A DNA stretch of 64,000 nucleotides from an uncultured Candidatus Bathyarchaeia archaeon (GTDB lineage: Archaea; Thermoproteota; Bathyarchaeia; 40CM-2-53-6; RBG-13-38-9), in assembly GCA_964480955.1 (NCBI GenBank), contig CAYZRW010000002.1, forward strand, positions 58,244 to 122,243, in the 5' to 3' direction. Made by a program: the position numbers and the translations under genes. The notes beneath the pieces are model-generated. The model was not told the DNA's origin. It saw only the letters and a list, made by a program, of their open reading frames with translations, and made no database searches. This document shows, one piece after another, positions 29,094 to 39,601 of this stretch (position 1 is its first letter; each line of letters begins with the position of its first letter).

Positions 29094-29306
29094 CTATACA
29101 TAAACCTCCAGTCTTTGGGTTCTGAGCTAGCAGTCGAATATCTCTCTAGCATGCTAAAAGTCTTCACCTAAAAAAGACTCGAATAGTTGACTCACTTTGA
29201 ACATTTCCTTTTATTTATATGAGGAAATTTGGGTTAAATGGAAAAATGCCAAAGAGATTCCGCTGCTGTGAGACGTTCTTTGCTAGGAAACGAATAGTTG
29301 CCTATA

Positions 29307-29906
29307 TCAATAATAGCGAGCCTGCCAAGTGCGTCCACGTGCGAATAGGATCCTGTAGTAGAGACCGGAGGCGACTCCCACGAACATGCCTCCTAGGTGA
29401 GCTCCGTGGGCGATCCCTGAGGGCACGAAGAGTCCTGTGAAGTCGAGGAGCCCCCAGAGAACTGCGGTGGCGATCATGGGCAGAGGTACTACTCCGTATA
29501 TGTAGACCAACATGAACGGTTCCAGGGTTGCTAGGGCGCCTATCACACCGTAGATTGCTCCGGAAGCACCTATGGCTGGAATGTAGAGGTTTGTAGTGGT
29601 GAGCAGATATCCGAGGTTCCCAACTACTCCTGAGAGAAGGAATAGGGCGGCGAAGGCCCGTCTACCGATGAGCCTCTCTAAGCTGGTGCCGAAGAAGAAT
29701 AGGGCTATCATGTTGAAGAATAGATGGGAGAAGTCTGCATGCAGGAAGATCGATGTGACGAACATCCATGGGGCTTCGAATGCTAATGCAGGGAAGAAGG
29801 CTAGGTAGATCCATAGGTTGGTGATGTTCTGGAATACGAAGCCTACGGTGCATGCGACGATGAATATTAGAGTCCATCTTGGGGAGTTGTTCAAAGATCT
29901 TTCCAC
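29307..29906 (-). CDS. rhomboid-family intramembrane serine protease
   Basis: Six TM helices. Catalytic GASGAIYG (Ser) and AHLGG (His) motifs. Confidence 0.75.
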   Translation of the reverse strand: MERSLNNSPRWTLIFIVACTVGFVFQNITNLWIYLAFFPALAFEAPWMFVTSIFLHADFSHLFFNMIALFFFGTSLERLIGRRAFAALFLLSGVVGNLGYLLTTTNLYIPAIGASGAIYGVIGALATLEPFMLVYIYGVVPLPMIATAVLWGLLDFTGLFVPSGIAHGAHLGGMFVGVASGLYYRILFARGRTWQARYY

Positions 29907-30162
29907 ACGTCTTTTCCAGAAGAATGTGCATGATATTCTTTAAGAGTTATGATATGTTTGGGCGGCTTCCGCTTGGCAGTGGAGGTTTCTTGAACACATA
30001 GTGGAGCATATCTGAACTGAAAGAGGTCGATTCGGCTGTTGTCGTGCCGTCACACCCGGATGGAAAATAGGAGGTGGAATGTGCTAGAAGCCTGACCGCT
30101 ACGTCCATAACGCTGTGGAACCCAGTATATCTTCTGGAACGTGAAGGCCCAAACCCTCTATG

Positions 30163-30993
30163 TCATCTATTCTTCCATCTTGGAGGTCTCTTCTCAAGCA
30201 AAGCCTTGATTCCTTCCTCCGTATCCTCGGAGGTGGATGCTAGAGTAATCAGATCTTTTGCGTAGTGGAGCGCCTTCACATACTCCATATCGCCCATCAT
30301 GTAGAAGGCTGGTTTCCCTATCTTGTATGCGACTCTGCTCTTGCCCGAGATCTTCTCGGCGAGTTCAACAGCTGCCTCAACATGCCTTCCTTCGGGAACA
30401 ATCTTGTTGACCAAACCCAGCCTCTCAGCCTCGGTTGCGCTGATGGGGTCTCCAGTTATCAGCATCTCCATAGCTCTCTTTCGTCCTATTGACCTCTGCA
30501 GAGGTATCATCGGGGTCAAGCAGAATACGCCTATGTTGACTCCGGGTGTCTGGAATACCGCGTCTTCGGATGCAACAACCATGTCGCAAGCCGCGGCCAA
30601 CCCGCAACCTGCAGCAGTAGCGTAACCGTGGACCGCAGCGATTACTGGTTTGCTCATCTTGGCTATGTCCTCGTAGACCTTGATCGATTTCGTGAAGAGA
30701 ACTCTTCTCTGTAGGGGGTTGGTTTGCAGAATCTCTTTCAGGTCATGGCCGCTACAGAAGGCTCTGCCGGCACCCTCTATAACAGCTGCGCCCAACTCAT
30801 CCTCTTCCTCAATTTCTTTGAGCCTTTCGAGGATTGAGTCTATCATGGGTTCGTTGAGCGCATTCAGAACTTGGGGTCGATTCAGTCTTAGCAGGCCTAC
30901 ACTGCCCCTTCTCTCAAACTTGAGCGGCTCGTCTTCCATAAGGGTCTCAACCGGTTGATTGGGTGATGATCCATAAGAGTGGCATAGAAGCAA
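30163..30993 (-). CDS. enoyl-CoA hydratase/isomerase (crotonase) family protein
   Basis: AAVIEGAGRAFCSGHDLKE, VIAAVHGYATAAGCGLAAACD. Confidence 0.85.
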   Translation of the reverse strand: MLLCHSYGSSPNQPVETLMEDEPLKFERRGSVGLLRLNRPQVLNALNEPMIDSILERLKEIEEEDELGAAVIEGAGRAFCSGHDLKEILQTNPLQRRVLFTKSIKVYEDIAKMSKPVIAAVHGYATAAGCGLAAACDMVVASEDAVFQTPGVNIGVFCLTPMIPLQRSIGRKRAMEMLITGDPISATEAERLGLVNKIVPEGRHVEAAVELAEKISGKSRVAYKIGKPAFYMMGDMEYVKALHYAKDLITLASTSEDTEEGIKALLEKRPPRWKNR

Positions 30994-31055
30994 TTTATGG
31001 TTTGGTGGGCCACGGAGAGCTTATGCGGTCGTTCATCTTCACGCCACTCGGCCTC

Positions 31056-31421
31056 TCAACCGTGAATTAGGCTTGGTATGCATCTGGCGCAGACCCATTC
31101 ACTCCTTCCTTTAAACCTGACTGGGAAGAGGGTGATCTCCTTCTCTGTCCGTCCACACTTGAAGCATACCGCGACCATCTGCCTGTTCGACTTCGCCTCT
31201 TCCGCCAATTTCTGATTGAAGTCTACTGTCTCCCTCTCCTCGACGGTGAGGGCGCCGCTGGGGCATATCCCCACGCAATAGCCGAGGCCGTCACAGAGCT
31301 CTTCCCTCAGCACCTTGGCCTTACCGTTGACTATGGTGATAGCCCCCTCAACGCAGGGGACTACACACTTCCCACATCCATTGCAGAGTTCTTCATTTAT
31401 CTTGAGGATTCTTCTCCGCAT
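31056..31421 (-). CDS. 4Fe-4S dicluster ferredoxin-like protein with a C-terminal zinc-ribbon-like CxxC pair
   Basis: CNGCGKCVVPC and CDGLGYCVGICP, plus CFKCG...CARC. Confidence 0.7.
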   Translation of the reverse strand: MRRRILKINEELCNGCGKCVVPCVEGAITIVNGKAKVLREELCDGLGYCVGICPSGALTVEERETVDFNQKLAEEAKSNRQMVAVCFKCGRTEKEITLFPVRFKGRSEWVCARCIPSLIHG

Positions 31422-31667
31422 CTCTCAGGATTCCCTTGGCGTGAATTTCCTTAGACACCAATTTCAGGCGTAAAGAGGTTGAAAAAGGTTTCACAGTCAG
31501 TTAGAGTGGACTGCCCGGCGCAATGGCCGGTGAGTATTTTGAATATGGCGTAAGACTCCGATCGTTGCTATCCTCCTTAGATTAAGTGAATAGACTGCTT
31601 GGTAACGCGCGCAAGGTGTCCTCTAAATTCCTTTAAAGAAGGTGTATGTTTGACTTAAAGAAGACGA

Positions 31668-31907
31668 TTGAGCTTCTTGAAGAGGCTTACCGCCATGAAA
31701 TTTGAGGTTGAAGTCAAGTTTCACAAGGACTTCGTTAAGATTGAGGGAAACAAAATCTTGGTCGGCTTAACCTCTAGACCTGAGATGGGCAGAGCCAACC
31801 TTGAGTTGATCAAGAAACTTGCTAAACACTTCGATGTCTCTTCATCCCAAGTTAGAATAGTATCGGGCTTAAAATCTAGGAACAAAATTGTTGAGATTGA
31901 TAAGTAG
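31668..31907 (+). CDS. DUF167/YggU-family small protein
   Basis: FEVEVKFHKDFVKIEGNKILVGLTSRPEMGRANLELIKKLAKHF matches the YggU pattern. The real start may be the internal ATG near 31695. Confidence 0.55.
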   Translation: MSFLKRLTAMKFEVEVKFHKDFVKIEGNKILVGLTSRPEMGRANLELIKKLAKHFDVSSSQVRIVSGLKSRNKIVEIDK

Positions 31908-32077
31908 AAATGTTGCACCGTCTCTTCCAAATGGAATTCTCAATACTATGAACCATCGACCTATCTACCTAGCACTAGGTAGAACCTTGAATATCCGCTC
32001 TACTTTTCTCAGTATAGAACGTGAAATTTTTGCTAACAAAAAAGTTTTGAGGAATCGGAGGCCCTAATTCTGCCAGG

Positions 32078-32320
32078 CTAGACTTCGGTTGGGGCTTCTA
32101 CCCTAGGTTTCCGTGCTCTTCCACGTTTCCTCGGTCTGCCTCTCTTCTTCGGTGGACGGCCACGTTTCTTGACAGGCCGACTAATTATTGTTAAAGCCAG
32201 ATCTTTGATTTTCCCTTGTATTTCAGCTGGCAGTGCACCTATAGTATTCCTTAAGTCCTCAGCAGATGATAAGACCTCTCCTATTACATTAGAAGCTTTT
32301 CTTCGCGGCATATCAATCAT
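32078..32320 (-). CDS. small basic protein with three AT-hook-like RGRP motifs
   Basis: The C-terminus VKKRGRPPKKRGRPRKRGRARKPR contains repeated RGRP cores characteristic of AT-hooks. It lies in an AT-rich low-density region. Confidence 0.5.
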   Translation of the reverse strand: MIDMPRRKASNVIGEVLSSAEDLRNTIGALPAEIQGKIKDLALTIISRPVKKRGRPPKKRGRPRKRGRARKPRVEAPTEV

Positions 32321-32680
32321 CTATGATATTTTAAGTATTTTGATGTAATTTAAACTTTTCATTTCAGCTTTTCCAAATCCTATTTACGATAGAGAATCCT
32401 AATGATTCCATCATTAACTTCATGCACAGTCATTTTGTCTGTATTGAAGATAATCGAGTGTGGACGAAGAAGTTTACATTTTGATTTGGTTATGTCTTGA
32501 TATGATTTGCTCGATATTTTGTGGATGCGACCCTGTTGCTGTAGAGTTACAACATCTTTGATTCTGAACAATGGTCTCAGATGGGAAGCATCAACTTTTA
32601 AAGAATCCTGACGCTGAAAGTTTAGTTAAGGGACCTAGTCGATGGTCTCTGAAGAATATGAGTGTAGGTTTAGGGGCTCC

Positions 32681-32818
32681 ATGAAGATGGGGGAGCAAGA
32701 GTGGGACTGGTGTTTCCTCTACAACTGTGAAACTTTGAGGCTTGACTGTGAGAGGTGTGAGTTCAAGGAGTTGGATCTTAGGACCTCAAGGAACAGGAAA
32801 GAGGTAGTCGCTTAATAC
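32681..32818 (+). CDS. candidate 45-aa cysteine-rich mini-protein (Cx4C...CxxC, zinc-ribbon-like)
   Basis: MKMGEQEWDWCFLYNCETLRLDCERCEFKELDLRTSRNRKEVVA. Support comes only from the ORF and the Cys spacing. Confidence 0.2.
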
Positions 32819-32886
32819 TCCGCATGTTTACGTGTACACATATAGGAGCTTCGGCCGCCACAAAAGATGCTGGGAATTGGTTAGCT

Positions 32887-33252
32887 TCATCCCCAGATCT
32901 CCTTCGCCTTCTCTCTTTCCTTTTCGAAGCGGTCCGGGGGACCCCTCAGAATCTTCGCTTGACAATATTTTTTAATGAGTTCCTGAACGATCGCCTCAAC
33001 CCTTTCGGGGTCTTCAGAGAGTAGCCTGCCGAGCTCAGCCTCAAGTTGGGCACATCTCGCGCCCCCTGCCAGAGCCAGCATCTTGGAGAGTTCCTCCTGC
33101 AGGAAGTGTATGAGGGGATGTTCCTCAGTCATCCGGCCAGAGTCGTATGGGATGTCAAGTGTTCTCATAGAGTTCTGGATGACCCCGCTTAGGAGCGCCA
33201 CAATAACCTTGTTTGACAGAAGAGGAACCCCGATGATCTTGCTGGGACGCAA
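32887..33252 (-). CDS. hypothetical protein
   Basis: ORF of 121 aa, with probable start at the internal Met (MRTLDIPYD...). No recognisable motif. Confidence 0.3.
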   Translation of the reverse strand: MRPSKIIGVPLLSNKVIVALLSGVIQNSMRTLDIPYDSGRMTEEHPLIHFLQEELSKMLALAGGARCAQLEAELGRLLSEDPERVEAIVQELIKKYCQAKILRGPPDRFEKEREKAKEIWG

Positions 33253-33613
33253 TCCCTTGTATTGTTCTTTTCAGGCGCGGTATAAATATTCCTTGTCTAG
33301 TGACCATTGATAGTATGACTTCAAGAGGATTTAGATCCACTTCGGAAGGAAATGGGAGATCTAGAGGATGAGCTTGGATCGTAGCGCACGCTAAACCGAA
33401 GGAATATCGGAGTGAATTCCCATATGGAGAGGTTCTTAAACTATAATGGACACGACGTGAACTAATATATGTTCACAGAATTGAGGATTCACTCTCTACC
33501 AGACTGTGCTGTAAACAATATCATTCCTAGAAATTTTCGAAAAACGAATATTACGACGGAGCGTAAGCTTCAGTATTAGTGAATTCTGGATGTGAAATAT
33601 TTGTATGAAGCGT

Positions 33614-34702
33614 TCATGTCTTGACTAGGTCGTAGCTGAGGGTTCCAAGTCCAAGTTTCTCTGCTGTTTTCAGATGGATGAGGCTGCTGGTCCCGTTCAG
33701 CCTCCCAAGGGTGTCGTTACGCTCAAGGTTTTCCCGGTATGTTGGTGCTCTGTCTATGAGGTCTATTGAGGCTTTGTCGATCGCTACAGGGTCTTCTCCC
33801 CCAAGTATTCCAATGTCAGACGTCAGGGGGATCCCTGATGGTGTGCAGCAGTCGCAGGCCTTGGTGATGTCTTGAAGGAAATTGATGTAGGTTATCTTGC
33901 CTTTACGAAATCTTGCTGTGACAGCTTGGGCTGCGTGGGCCAGGTTTATTTGGAATATTGTCTTGGCGTCTTCTGGTAGGTAGAGGGCGCCTTCTGTGCA
34001 GTCGAAGTAGCAGTTGTTACATGACATGCACTTGGACAGGATCTTTGTATGTTTGCTCCGTTCAATCCTGACAGCGTCGAAGGGGCAGGCTCCGACACAC
34101 TTGCCGCAGCCATTACACTTATCAACATTCAGCGCCGCCCTATTTGCGAAGTGCTGGGCCGCTTTCCCCTCTTTTGTGGTGCAGCCCATAGCGAGATTCT
34201 TTATCGCCCCACCGAACCCACTCAGCATATGCCCCTTGGTGTGTGAGAGAACTACCATCGCGTCTGAGTTCGCTATGGCCTTTGCAACCTTGATATTCTT
34301 GATCTCGCAGCCGTCAACGGTCTTCCTCAGTTTCTGGTCTACGCCACTGTAGCCCAGTGGGCCGTCAGCAATGATTATTGGGGCTCCGACAGAGTCTCTT
34401 GTGAACCCGTTGCTCGCCGCAGTTCTTAAGTATTGATCTGCGGTGAACCTTTGGTTTGGGTAAAGGGTCGTTGTATCGGTTACGAAGGGTCTGCCTCCAG
34501 CTTCTCTGACCAGCATAACAAACTCCCTGACGAATGGCGGTCTCAGATATGTGAGGTTTCCATACTCACCCATGTGTACTTTGACGGTGACCCTGTCGCC
34601 TCGAGAGACGGTGGCCTCAACTATGCTCCTGAAGTATCCTCTGATTCGGTCCAGTACGTCATCGTTCTTGCTGTAGTCGAAGAACAGAATCTTCGAAGTC
34701 AA
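33614..34702 (-). CDS. DUF362 domain protein with 4Fe-4S dicluster ferredoxin insert
   Basis: CNGCGKCVGACP and CMSCNNCYFDC ferredoxin motifs embedded in a DUF362-like scaffold. Confidence 0.7.
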   Translation of the reverse strand: MTSKILFFDYSKNDDVLDRIRGYFRSIVEATVSRGDRVTVKVHMGEYGNLTYLRPPFVREFVMLVREAGGRPFVTDTTTLYPNQRFTADQYLRTAASNGFTRDSVGAPIIIADGPLGYSGVDQKLRKTVDGCEIKNIKVAKAIANSDAMVVLSHTKGHMLSGFGGAIKNLAMGCTTKEGKAAQHFANRAALNVDKCNGCGKCVGACPFDAVRIERSKHTKILSKCMSCNNCYFDCTEGALYLPEDAKTIFQINLAHAAQAVTARFRKGKITYINFLQDITKACDCCTPSGIPLTSDIGILGGEDPVAIDKASIDLIDRAPTYRENLERNDTLGRLNGTSSLIHLKTAEKLGLGTLSYDLVKT

Positions 34703-34920
34703 CTTTCACTCAGCAACCCAAGAATGTGGGGCGTATGCTTGCTAGGTGTGGTATATATTGTTCTCGATCTCTTACCGCGCGCCTCGGCGGAAGCCATTAC
34801 AATGAATAGATCTACGTTGATTGACGAGCCGTCCTATTCTGATGACGCTTGGGATTTGGCGCGACATGAATACTGCTAAATGCACATTTGTTGAATTATA
34901 GGAGTTGTTCAGTCTAGAAG

Positions 34921-35943
34921 GTGGACCCCGCTATGAAAGCCATTCTTCTCGATAAGCCTGCGCCGCTAGAACAGAATCCTCTCAGATACTCAGACTATGC
35001 TGACCCTGTGCCTAGTGACGGTGAGGTCTTGATCAGGATCAAGGCTTGTGGAGTCTGCAGGTCAAACCTTAACGTGATAGAGGGGGTGTACAGCAGACTT
35101 GGAATCCCCTCAAAGTCCCCAATCGTTCCTGGACACGAGATAGCGGGTGTGATTGATGAGGTTGGCTCTGATGTTCGGGATCTGGCTGTTGGCGACAGGG
35201 TTGGGATTCAGCCCTTGTATTCCGCTTGTGGCAGTTGCGAGTTCTGTCTGAGCGGTAGGGAGCACCTCTGCCCTTCCAGATTGATAACCGGGGAGACTGT
35301 TGACGGTGGATATGCTGAGTATATCAAGGGGAGAGCCAACTTCGTCTATCGTGTCCCCGCAAACCTCAAAGACCACGAGGCTGCGCCGCTCTTCTGTCCG
35401 GGGGTTACAGCCTACAGGGCGGTCAAGCAGGCAGACCTCTCCCCAAGCAAGACTGTAGCGGTCTTCGGCATAGGTGGAGTTGGACATGTCGCGGTACAGT
35501 TTGCAAAGATGACTGGAGCCACCGTCGTGGCTGTGAGCAGAAGCAGAAAAAATCTGGATCTGGCTTTGAGGGTGGGCGCAGACAGAGCGCTGGCCCAAGA
35601 CGATAACTTGGTGCCTGAGATGAAGAGGATGGGCTACGTTGATTCTGCGATAGTCTTTGCACCGTCCCAGGAGGCGATAGACCGGGCACAGAGGATAACC
35701 AAACTTGGGGGTACGGTCGTTCTGGGGGTGACCGGAGACCTCCGGAACCTGATGTTCTTCTTCGAGAAGACCATCAAAGGCACAGCGATCGGAACCAGAC
35801 TGGATATGCAGGAGGTTCTCAAGATAGCCTCCACCGAGAAGATCAAGATTGCAATAGAGACTTATCCTCTGGACCGGGCGGCTGAGGTTCTGCGTAGACT
35901 CAAAGAGGGTGAGGTAGAGGGGAGAGCGGTACTTCTCCCGTAG
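34921..35943 (+). CDS. zinc-dependent alcohol dehydrogenase (MDR family)
   Basis: GHEIAGVIDEVG, structural-zinc cysteines CGSCEFCLSGREHLC, NAD-binding GIGGVGHVAVQFAK. Confidence 0.85.
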   Translation: MDPAMKAILLDKPAPLEQNPLRYSDYADPVPSDGEVLIRIKACGVCRSNLNVIEGVYSRLGIPSKSPIVPGHEIAGVIDEVGSDVRDLAVGDRVGIQPLYSACGSCEFCLSGREHLCPSRLITGETVDGGYAEYIKGRANFVYRVPANLKDHEAAPLFCPGVTAYRAVKQADLSPSKTVAVFGIGGVGHVAVQFAKMTGATVVAVSRSRKNLDLALRVGADRALAQDDNLVPEMKRMGYVDSAIVFAPSQEAIDRAQRITKLGGTVVLGVTGDLRNLMFFFEKTIKGTAIGTRLDMQEVLKIASTEKIKIAIETYPLDRAAEVLRRLKEGEVEGRAVLLP

Positions 35944-36281
35944 CGAATTGGCACCCCACGGCTGAAGCTCTTCTCATTCCTGCTTCTAAGGGCATAGACC
36001 GGTTGATAGAGATCCTTACCGTTCACGCTTCTGTGTTTAGAAGATGAGAATTTCAGAGATATGGGCTGGGAGCAAATGGCCGATAGCCTACTACTTGCTC
36101 GTCGCCAGCGAGAGAATAGATTGAGGGAGCTTAATGGTATGCTTATCTATTCTTGCTATCTTTTTTAGGTTGAGCGACTAAATCATCTTGCCATGTTTCT
36201 TGAGAGCTTTAAGGTATGACTTGGAGCTGAATTGAGTGGCGCGGCTGTTACGATAGTCTGATTGAACTGTGCAATGGAAAG

Positions 36282-37520
36282 ATGATTACGTTGGAGAGAT
36301 ACCTTGTCCTTTTTGCGATGCTCATACTTACACTTCTTCCAGCGTATCCTCAGGCATTCGGAGCGGGTACTGTGGACCTGGCCATCATCAGCGTTTTCTG
36401 GGGCGAAAGCGCGACGACGCCTATTACTGCTCATCCAGGCGACAGCAACGTTCCATTATTGGTTGTAATCACAAACGCCGGCGATGCCGCTGCTTGGAAG
36501 GTGAATGGGACACTGACCCTATCATACCCTTTCAGTTACACCTACACATCGGATGGGAAAGTTCTCTATGCCTCGCGAGTGAACTCTTCTGCAGGACTGC
36601 TACTTCCAGGATATAGCTTCACCCTCCGCTATCTTTTGAGCATCGACTCTGGAGCCAAAGACGGGGTCTACCGAATGAGCCTGCTTCTCAGCTACAAGAC
36701 ATCTATGGACATGACTCTGACTGCGACCCGTTCAGTCGATGTTCCGATTTGGTCAGGGGAGATTCGTGTGCAACGATTCATGCCGCTACCATTGAGGATC
36801 TATCCAGGGGATACACAAGTGAATTTGAGGGTTTGGGTCGTCAACTCAGGCATAGCAACTGCGAAGGACGTGAATCTTCTCCTACTCTTAACACCCGGTT
36901 TCAAACCATCTTCAAGCGGCTCAGATTCAGTCTTCTTGGGTACAATGCTCCAAGGCCAAGTCTCCGAAGCGAACTTCTATTTAGATGTTGATGAGCCAGC
37001 ACTTCCGGGAACCCATCAGCTTCTCTTGGCCGTCATCTCCGGCTCAAATCTAAACGCCAGTAGGAGCTCGATCCCTCTTCATATATATGAGAAGGCCAAG
37101 TTTGAAGTAGCCGCAGTCGAGCCTGGAGAGGTTCTCGCAGGTGATTATGGCACTGTTATGCACGTCACATTAAGAAACATCAGTAACGTTACCGGCGAAT
37201 CTGTTAGGGCCCAGTTGAAGACTGGAAACCTCTTCTCTGGAACGACGACGGACTACCTTGGGACTATCGACGCTGGCGAAAACAAGACCGCGACCTTCAT
37301 CCTGGATGTTGACAGTAAGATTAAACCCGGCCGATGCTACATGGAGATCAGAGTCGAGTGGACTCAGGATGATAAGAGCCTCGACCAAACCTCCTCCATC
37401 GGCTTGCAGATCTCGCAGAGACCGCTCTCACTAATATATGGCGCAATCGTAACTGTCGTGGCAGTAGTCTTGGCAGGCGTCCTCACATTACGCAGAAGAA
37501 GATCCAGACAGAAGGTTTGA
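36282..37520 (+). CDS. secreted, C-terminally anchored protein with three CARDB/COG1361-like beta-sandwich repeats
   Basis: Signal peptide, then three about 110-aa repeats each centred on a PGD/PGE..V.L.V.N.G motif (HPGDSNVPLLVVITNAG; YPGDTQVNLRVWVVNSG; EPGEVLAGDYGTVMHVTLRNIS). C-terminal TM plus RRRRSRQKV. Confidence 0.6.
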   Translation: MITLERYLVLFAMLILTLLPAYPQAFGAGTVDLAIISVFWGESATTPITAHPGDSNVPLLVVITNAGDAAAWKVNGTLTLSYPFSYTYTSDGKVLYASRVNSSAGLLLPGYSFTLRYLLSIDSGAKDGVYRMSLLLSYKTSMDMTLTATRSVDVPIWSGEIRVQRFMPLPLRIYPGDTQVNLRVWVVNSGIATAKDVNLLLLLTPGFKPSSSGSDSVFLGTMLQGQVSEANFYLDVDEPALPGTHQLLLAVISGSNLNASRSSIPLHIYEKAKFEVAAVEPGEVLAGDYGTVMHVTLRNISNVTGESVRAQLKTGNLFSGTTTDYLGTIDAGENKTATFILDVDSKIKPGRCYMEIRVEWTQDDKSLDQTSSIGLQISQRPLSLIYGAIVTVVAVVLAGVLTLRRRRSRQKV

Positions 37521-37587
37521 AGTGGGAATAAGAGGACCTGACAGTCCATTCAGTTTTCAACCGGTCGCACAAGTTGTGAATCCCAAC

Positions 37588-38520
37588 ATGTCTGAGAACC
37601 TCATCGAGACATTTAGTCTGACGAAGAGTTTTCGGGACCTCACCGCTGTAGACCATTTGAACCTCAAGGTTAGAAGAGGGGAGGTCTTCGGTTTCCTAGG
37701 TCCTAATGGAGCTGGAAAGACTACTACGATTAGAGTGCTCTGCGGCCTACTCACTCCCTCAGAAGGTCATGCGATAGTAACTGGGTTCGACGTGACCAAG
37801 TTTCCTGAGAAGGTTAAGGAGAATATTGGATATATGCCCCAAAGATTCAGCCTTTACGATGACCTCACATTACGTGAGAACCTTGACTTCTTTGGTGGAA
37901 TCTATAGAATACCAGCTGAACGGAGAAGGACCAGAATCAGACAGGTTCTGGAGACTGTGCGGCTAGAAGACTTTGAGAATAAGCTTGCAGGTGAGCTCTC
38001 TGGAGGCTTGAAGCAGAGGCTTGCGCTAGCCTGCTCCTTGGTCCATGAGCCTGAACTGCTGATTCTTGACGAGCCGACCGCCGGGATAGATCCTCCTCTA
38101 CGAAAAGCGTTCTGGAGATACTTTCGTGAACTGAACAAAGAGGGAGTCACTCTATTCATCAATACGCATTACATGGATGAGGCTGAACTTTGTGATCGAT
38201 TGGGGTTGATTAATAAGGGGAGGTTAATCGCCCTCGATACCCCTAGGAACTTGAAGAGGGCAACATTGGGGGGAGAACTGATTGAGCTGATCACGCCAGA
38301 GATTGAGAAGGCCAACTCTATCCTAAGGGACATTGATGAGATTCGGAGAATAGAGCTGAAAGACGAGCGGCTACTCCTCTATGTTGAGGACGCGGCTTCC
38401 TCGATTCCGAAGATGACAGCTCTCTTGAAGGAGAACAAGGTTGAGGTATCCACCGTACAGAAGATCGAACCCTCGTTAGAGGACGTCTTCATTGAATTGG
38501 TCAAGGTTGGAGGTGGATAA
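37588..38520 (+). CDS. ABC transporter ATP-binding protein (ABC-2 subfamily)
   Basis: Likely ATG at 37588. Walker A GPNGAGKTT, signature LSGGLKQRL, Walker B LLILDEPT. Confidence 0.85.
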   Translation: MSENLIETFSLTKSFRDLTAVDHLNLKVRRGEVFGFLGPNGAGKTTTIRVLCGLLTPSEGHAIVTGFDVTKFPEKVKENIGYMPQRFSLYDDLTLRENLDFFGGIYRIPAERRRTRIRQVLETVRLEDFENKLAGELSGGLKQRLALACSLVHEPELLILDEPTAGIDPPLRKAFWRYFRELNKEGVTLFINTHYMDEAELCDRLGLINKGRLIALDTPRNLKRATLGGELIELITPEIEKANSILRDIDEIRRIELKDERLLLYVEDAASSIPKMTALLKENKVEVSTVQKIEPSLEDVFIELVKVGGG

Positions 38521-39601
38521 TTTGGCTATTGATAGGACTCTTCTGATAGCAAGAAAGGAGATTCTTCAAATATCAAGGAATAGACGTGTCCTCTTCATTG
38601 CGTTGATGATGCCTGTCATGATGATGACTCTTATAGGGCTTGGGTTCACAGGCGACGTCAAGAACATATCCACTGTTGTCGTCAATGAGGATGGCCGCGG
38701 CTTCAGCACGATGTTCTTGGACGCGCTGAGGCAGATCGATACCATCAAGATCAAGTATTACGCAGACAACCTCAATAATGCTGAGAACCTTCTTAAGAAC
38801 GGTCAAGCAAAGGCTGCCGTCCTCATTCCAAAGAGTTTCGATGAGAACTTCAGAAGCGGCCAAGCTTATGTTTATGTTGTAGTAGATGGGTCAGACCCCC
38901 TGTCTGCAGGTGAGGTCTTACCGTCAGTCCAAGCCATTGCCCAAGGCTTCTCACCTAGAATAGTCGTTAGGACAAGCAACATCATACTGTTCAACCCAAC
39001 CCTCCGATACGTCGAGTTCATAGCTCCAGCCGTAGTAGGATTCGTCCTGCAGATGTTCCCAATCATGCAGATCGCCATGGCTGTTGCGGGTGAGAGGGAG
39101 CGAGGAACGATAGAACAGCTTATCGTTACTCCAATAGGCAGTCTGGACCTTCTTCTTGGAAAGATGCTTGTCTACATGGGGATCGGCTTGACGAACGCCT
39201 TCTTCATGATGACTATCGCTGTATATGCGTTCAAACTCACGATTAGAGGAAACGTGTTTCTGATAGCCTTATTCATCTTCATCTTCCTAGCGGCTTCACT
39301 GAGTCTGGGCATTCTCTCCGCAGCCATCTCTAAGACTCAGCTTCAAGCGATTCAGACTGTGTTGCCTTTCATAATTCCAACAGCATTCTTGTCTGGAACA
39401 TTCTATCCCATCGAGTCTATGCCAAATTTCATTCAGCCCATATCTTACTGTCTGCCTTTGACATACATGATTCACGCGATGCGTTCAGTTATGGTGAAGG
39501 GATGCGGATTCGAAGTCGTCGCCCTTGATCTGCTCGCTCTCATCGTATACGCCGTCGTGATTATTACTCTGGCTGTAACGGTCTTCAGGAAAAAGCTTTA
39601 G
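38492..39601 (+). CDS. ABC-2 family transporter permease
   Basis: 369 aa. N-terminal TM, a large extracytoplasmic loop and five C-terminal TMs. Overlaps the ATPase gene. Confidence 0.75.
   Translation: MNWSRLEVDNLAIDRTLLIARKEILQISRNRRVLFIALMMPVMMMTLIGLGFTGDVKNISTVVVNEDGRGFSTMFLDALRQIDTIKIKYYADNLNNAENLLKNGQAKAAVLIPKSFDENFRSGQAYVYVVVDGSDPLSAGEVLPSVQAIAQGFSPRIVVRTSNIILFNPTLRYVEFIAPAVVGFVLQMFPIMQIAMAVAGERERGTIEQLIVTPIGSLDLLLGKMLVYMGIGLTNAFFMMTIAVYAFKLTIRGNVFLIALFIFIFLAASLSLGILSAAISKTQLQAIQTVLPFIIPTAFLSGTFYPIESMPNFIQPISYCLPLTYMIHAMRSVMVKGCGFEVVALDLLALIVYAVVIITLAVTVFRKKL

Noticed and set aside
35110-35846. Antisense ORFs 35110..35598, 35423..35689, 35634..35846
   Set aside because: They lie inside the zinc-ADH gene, which has clear catalytic and NAD motifs.
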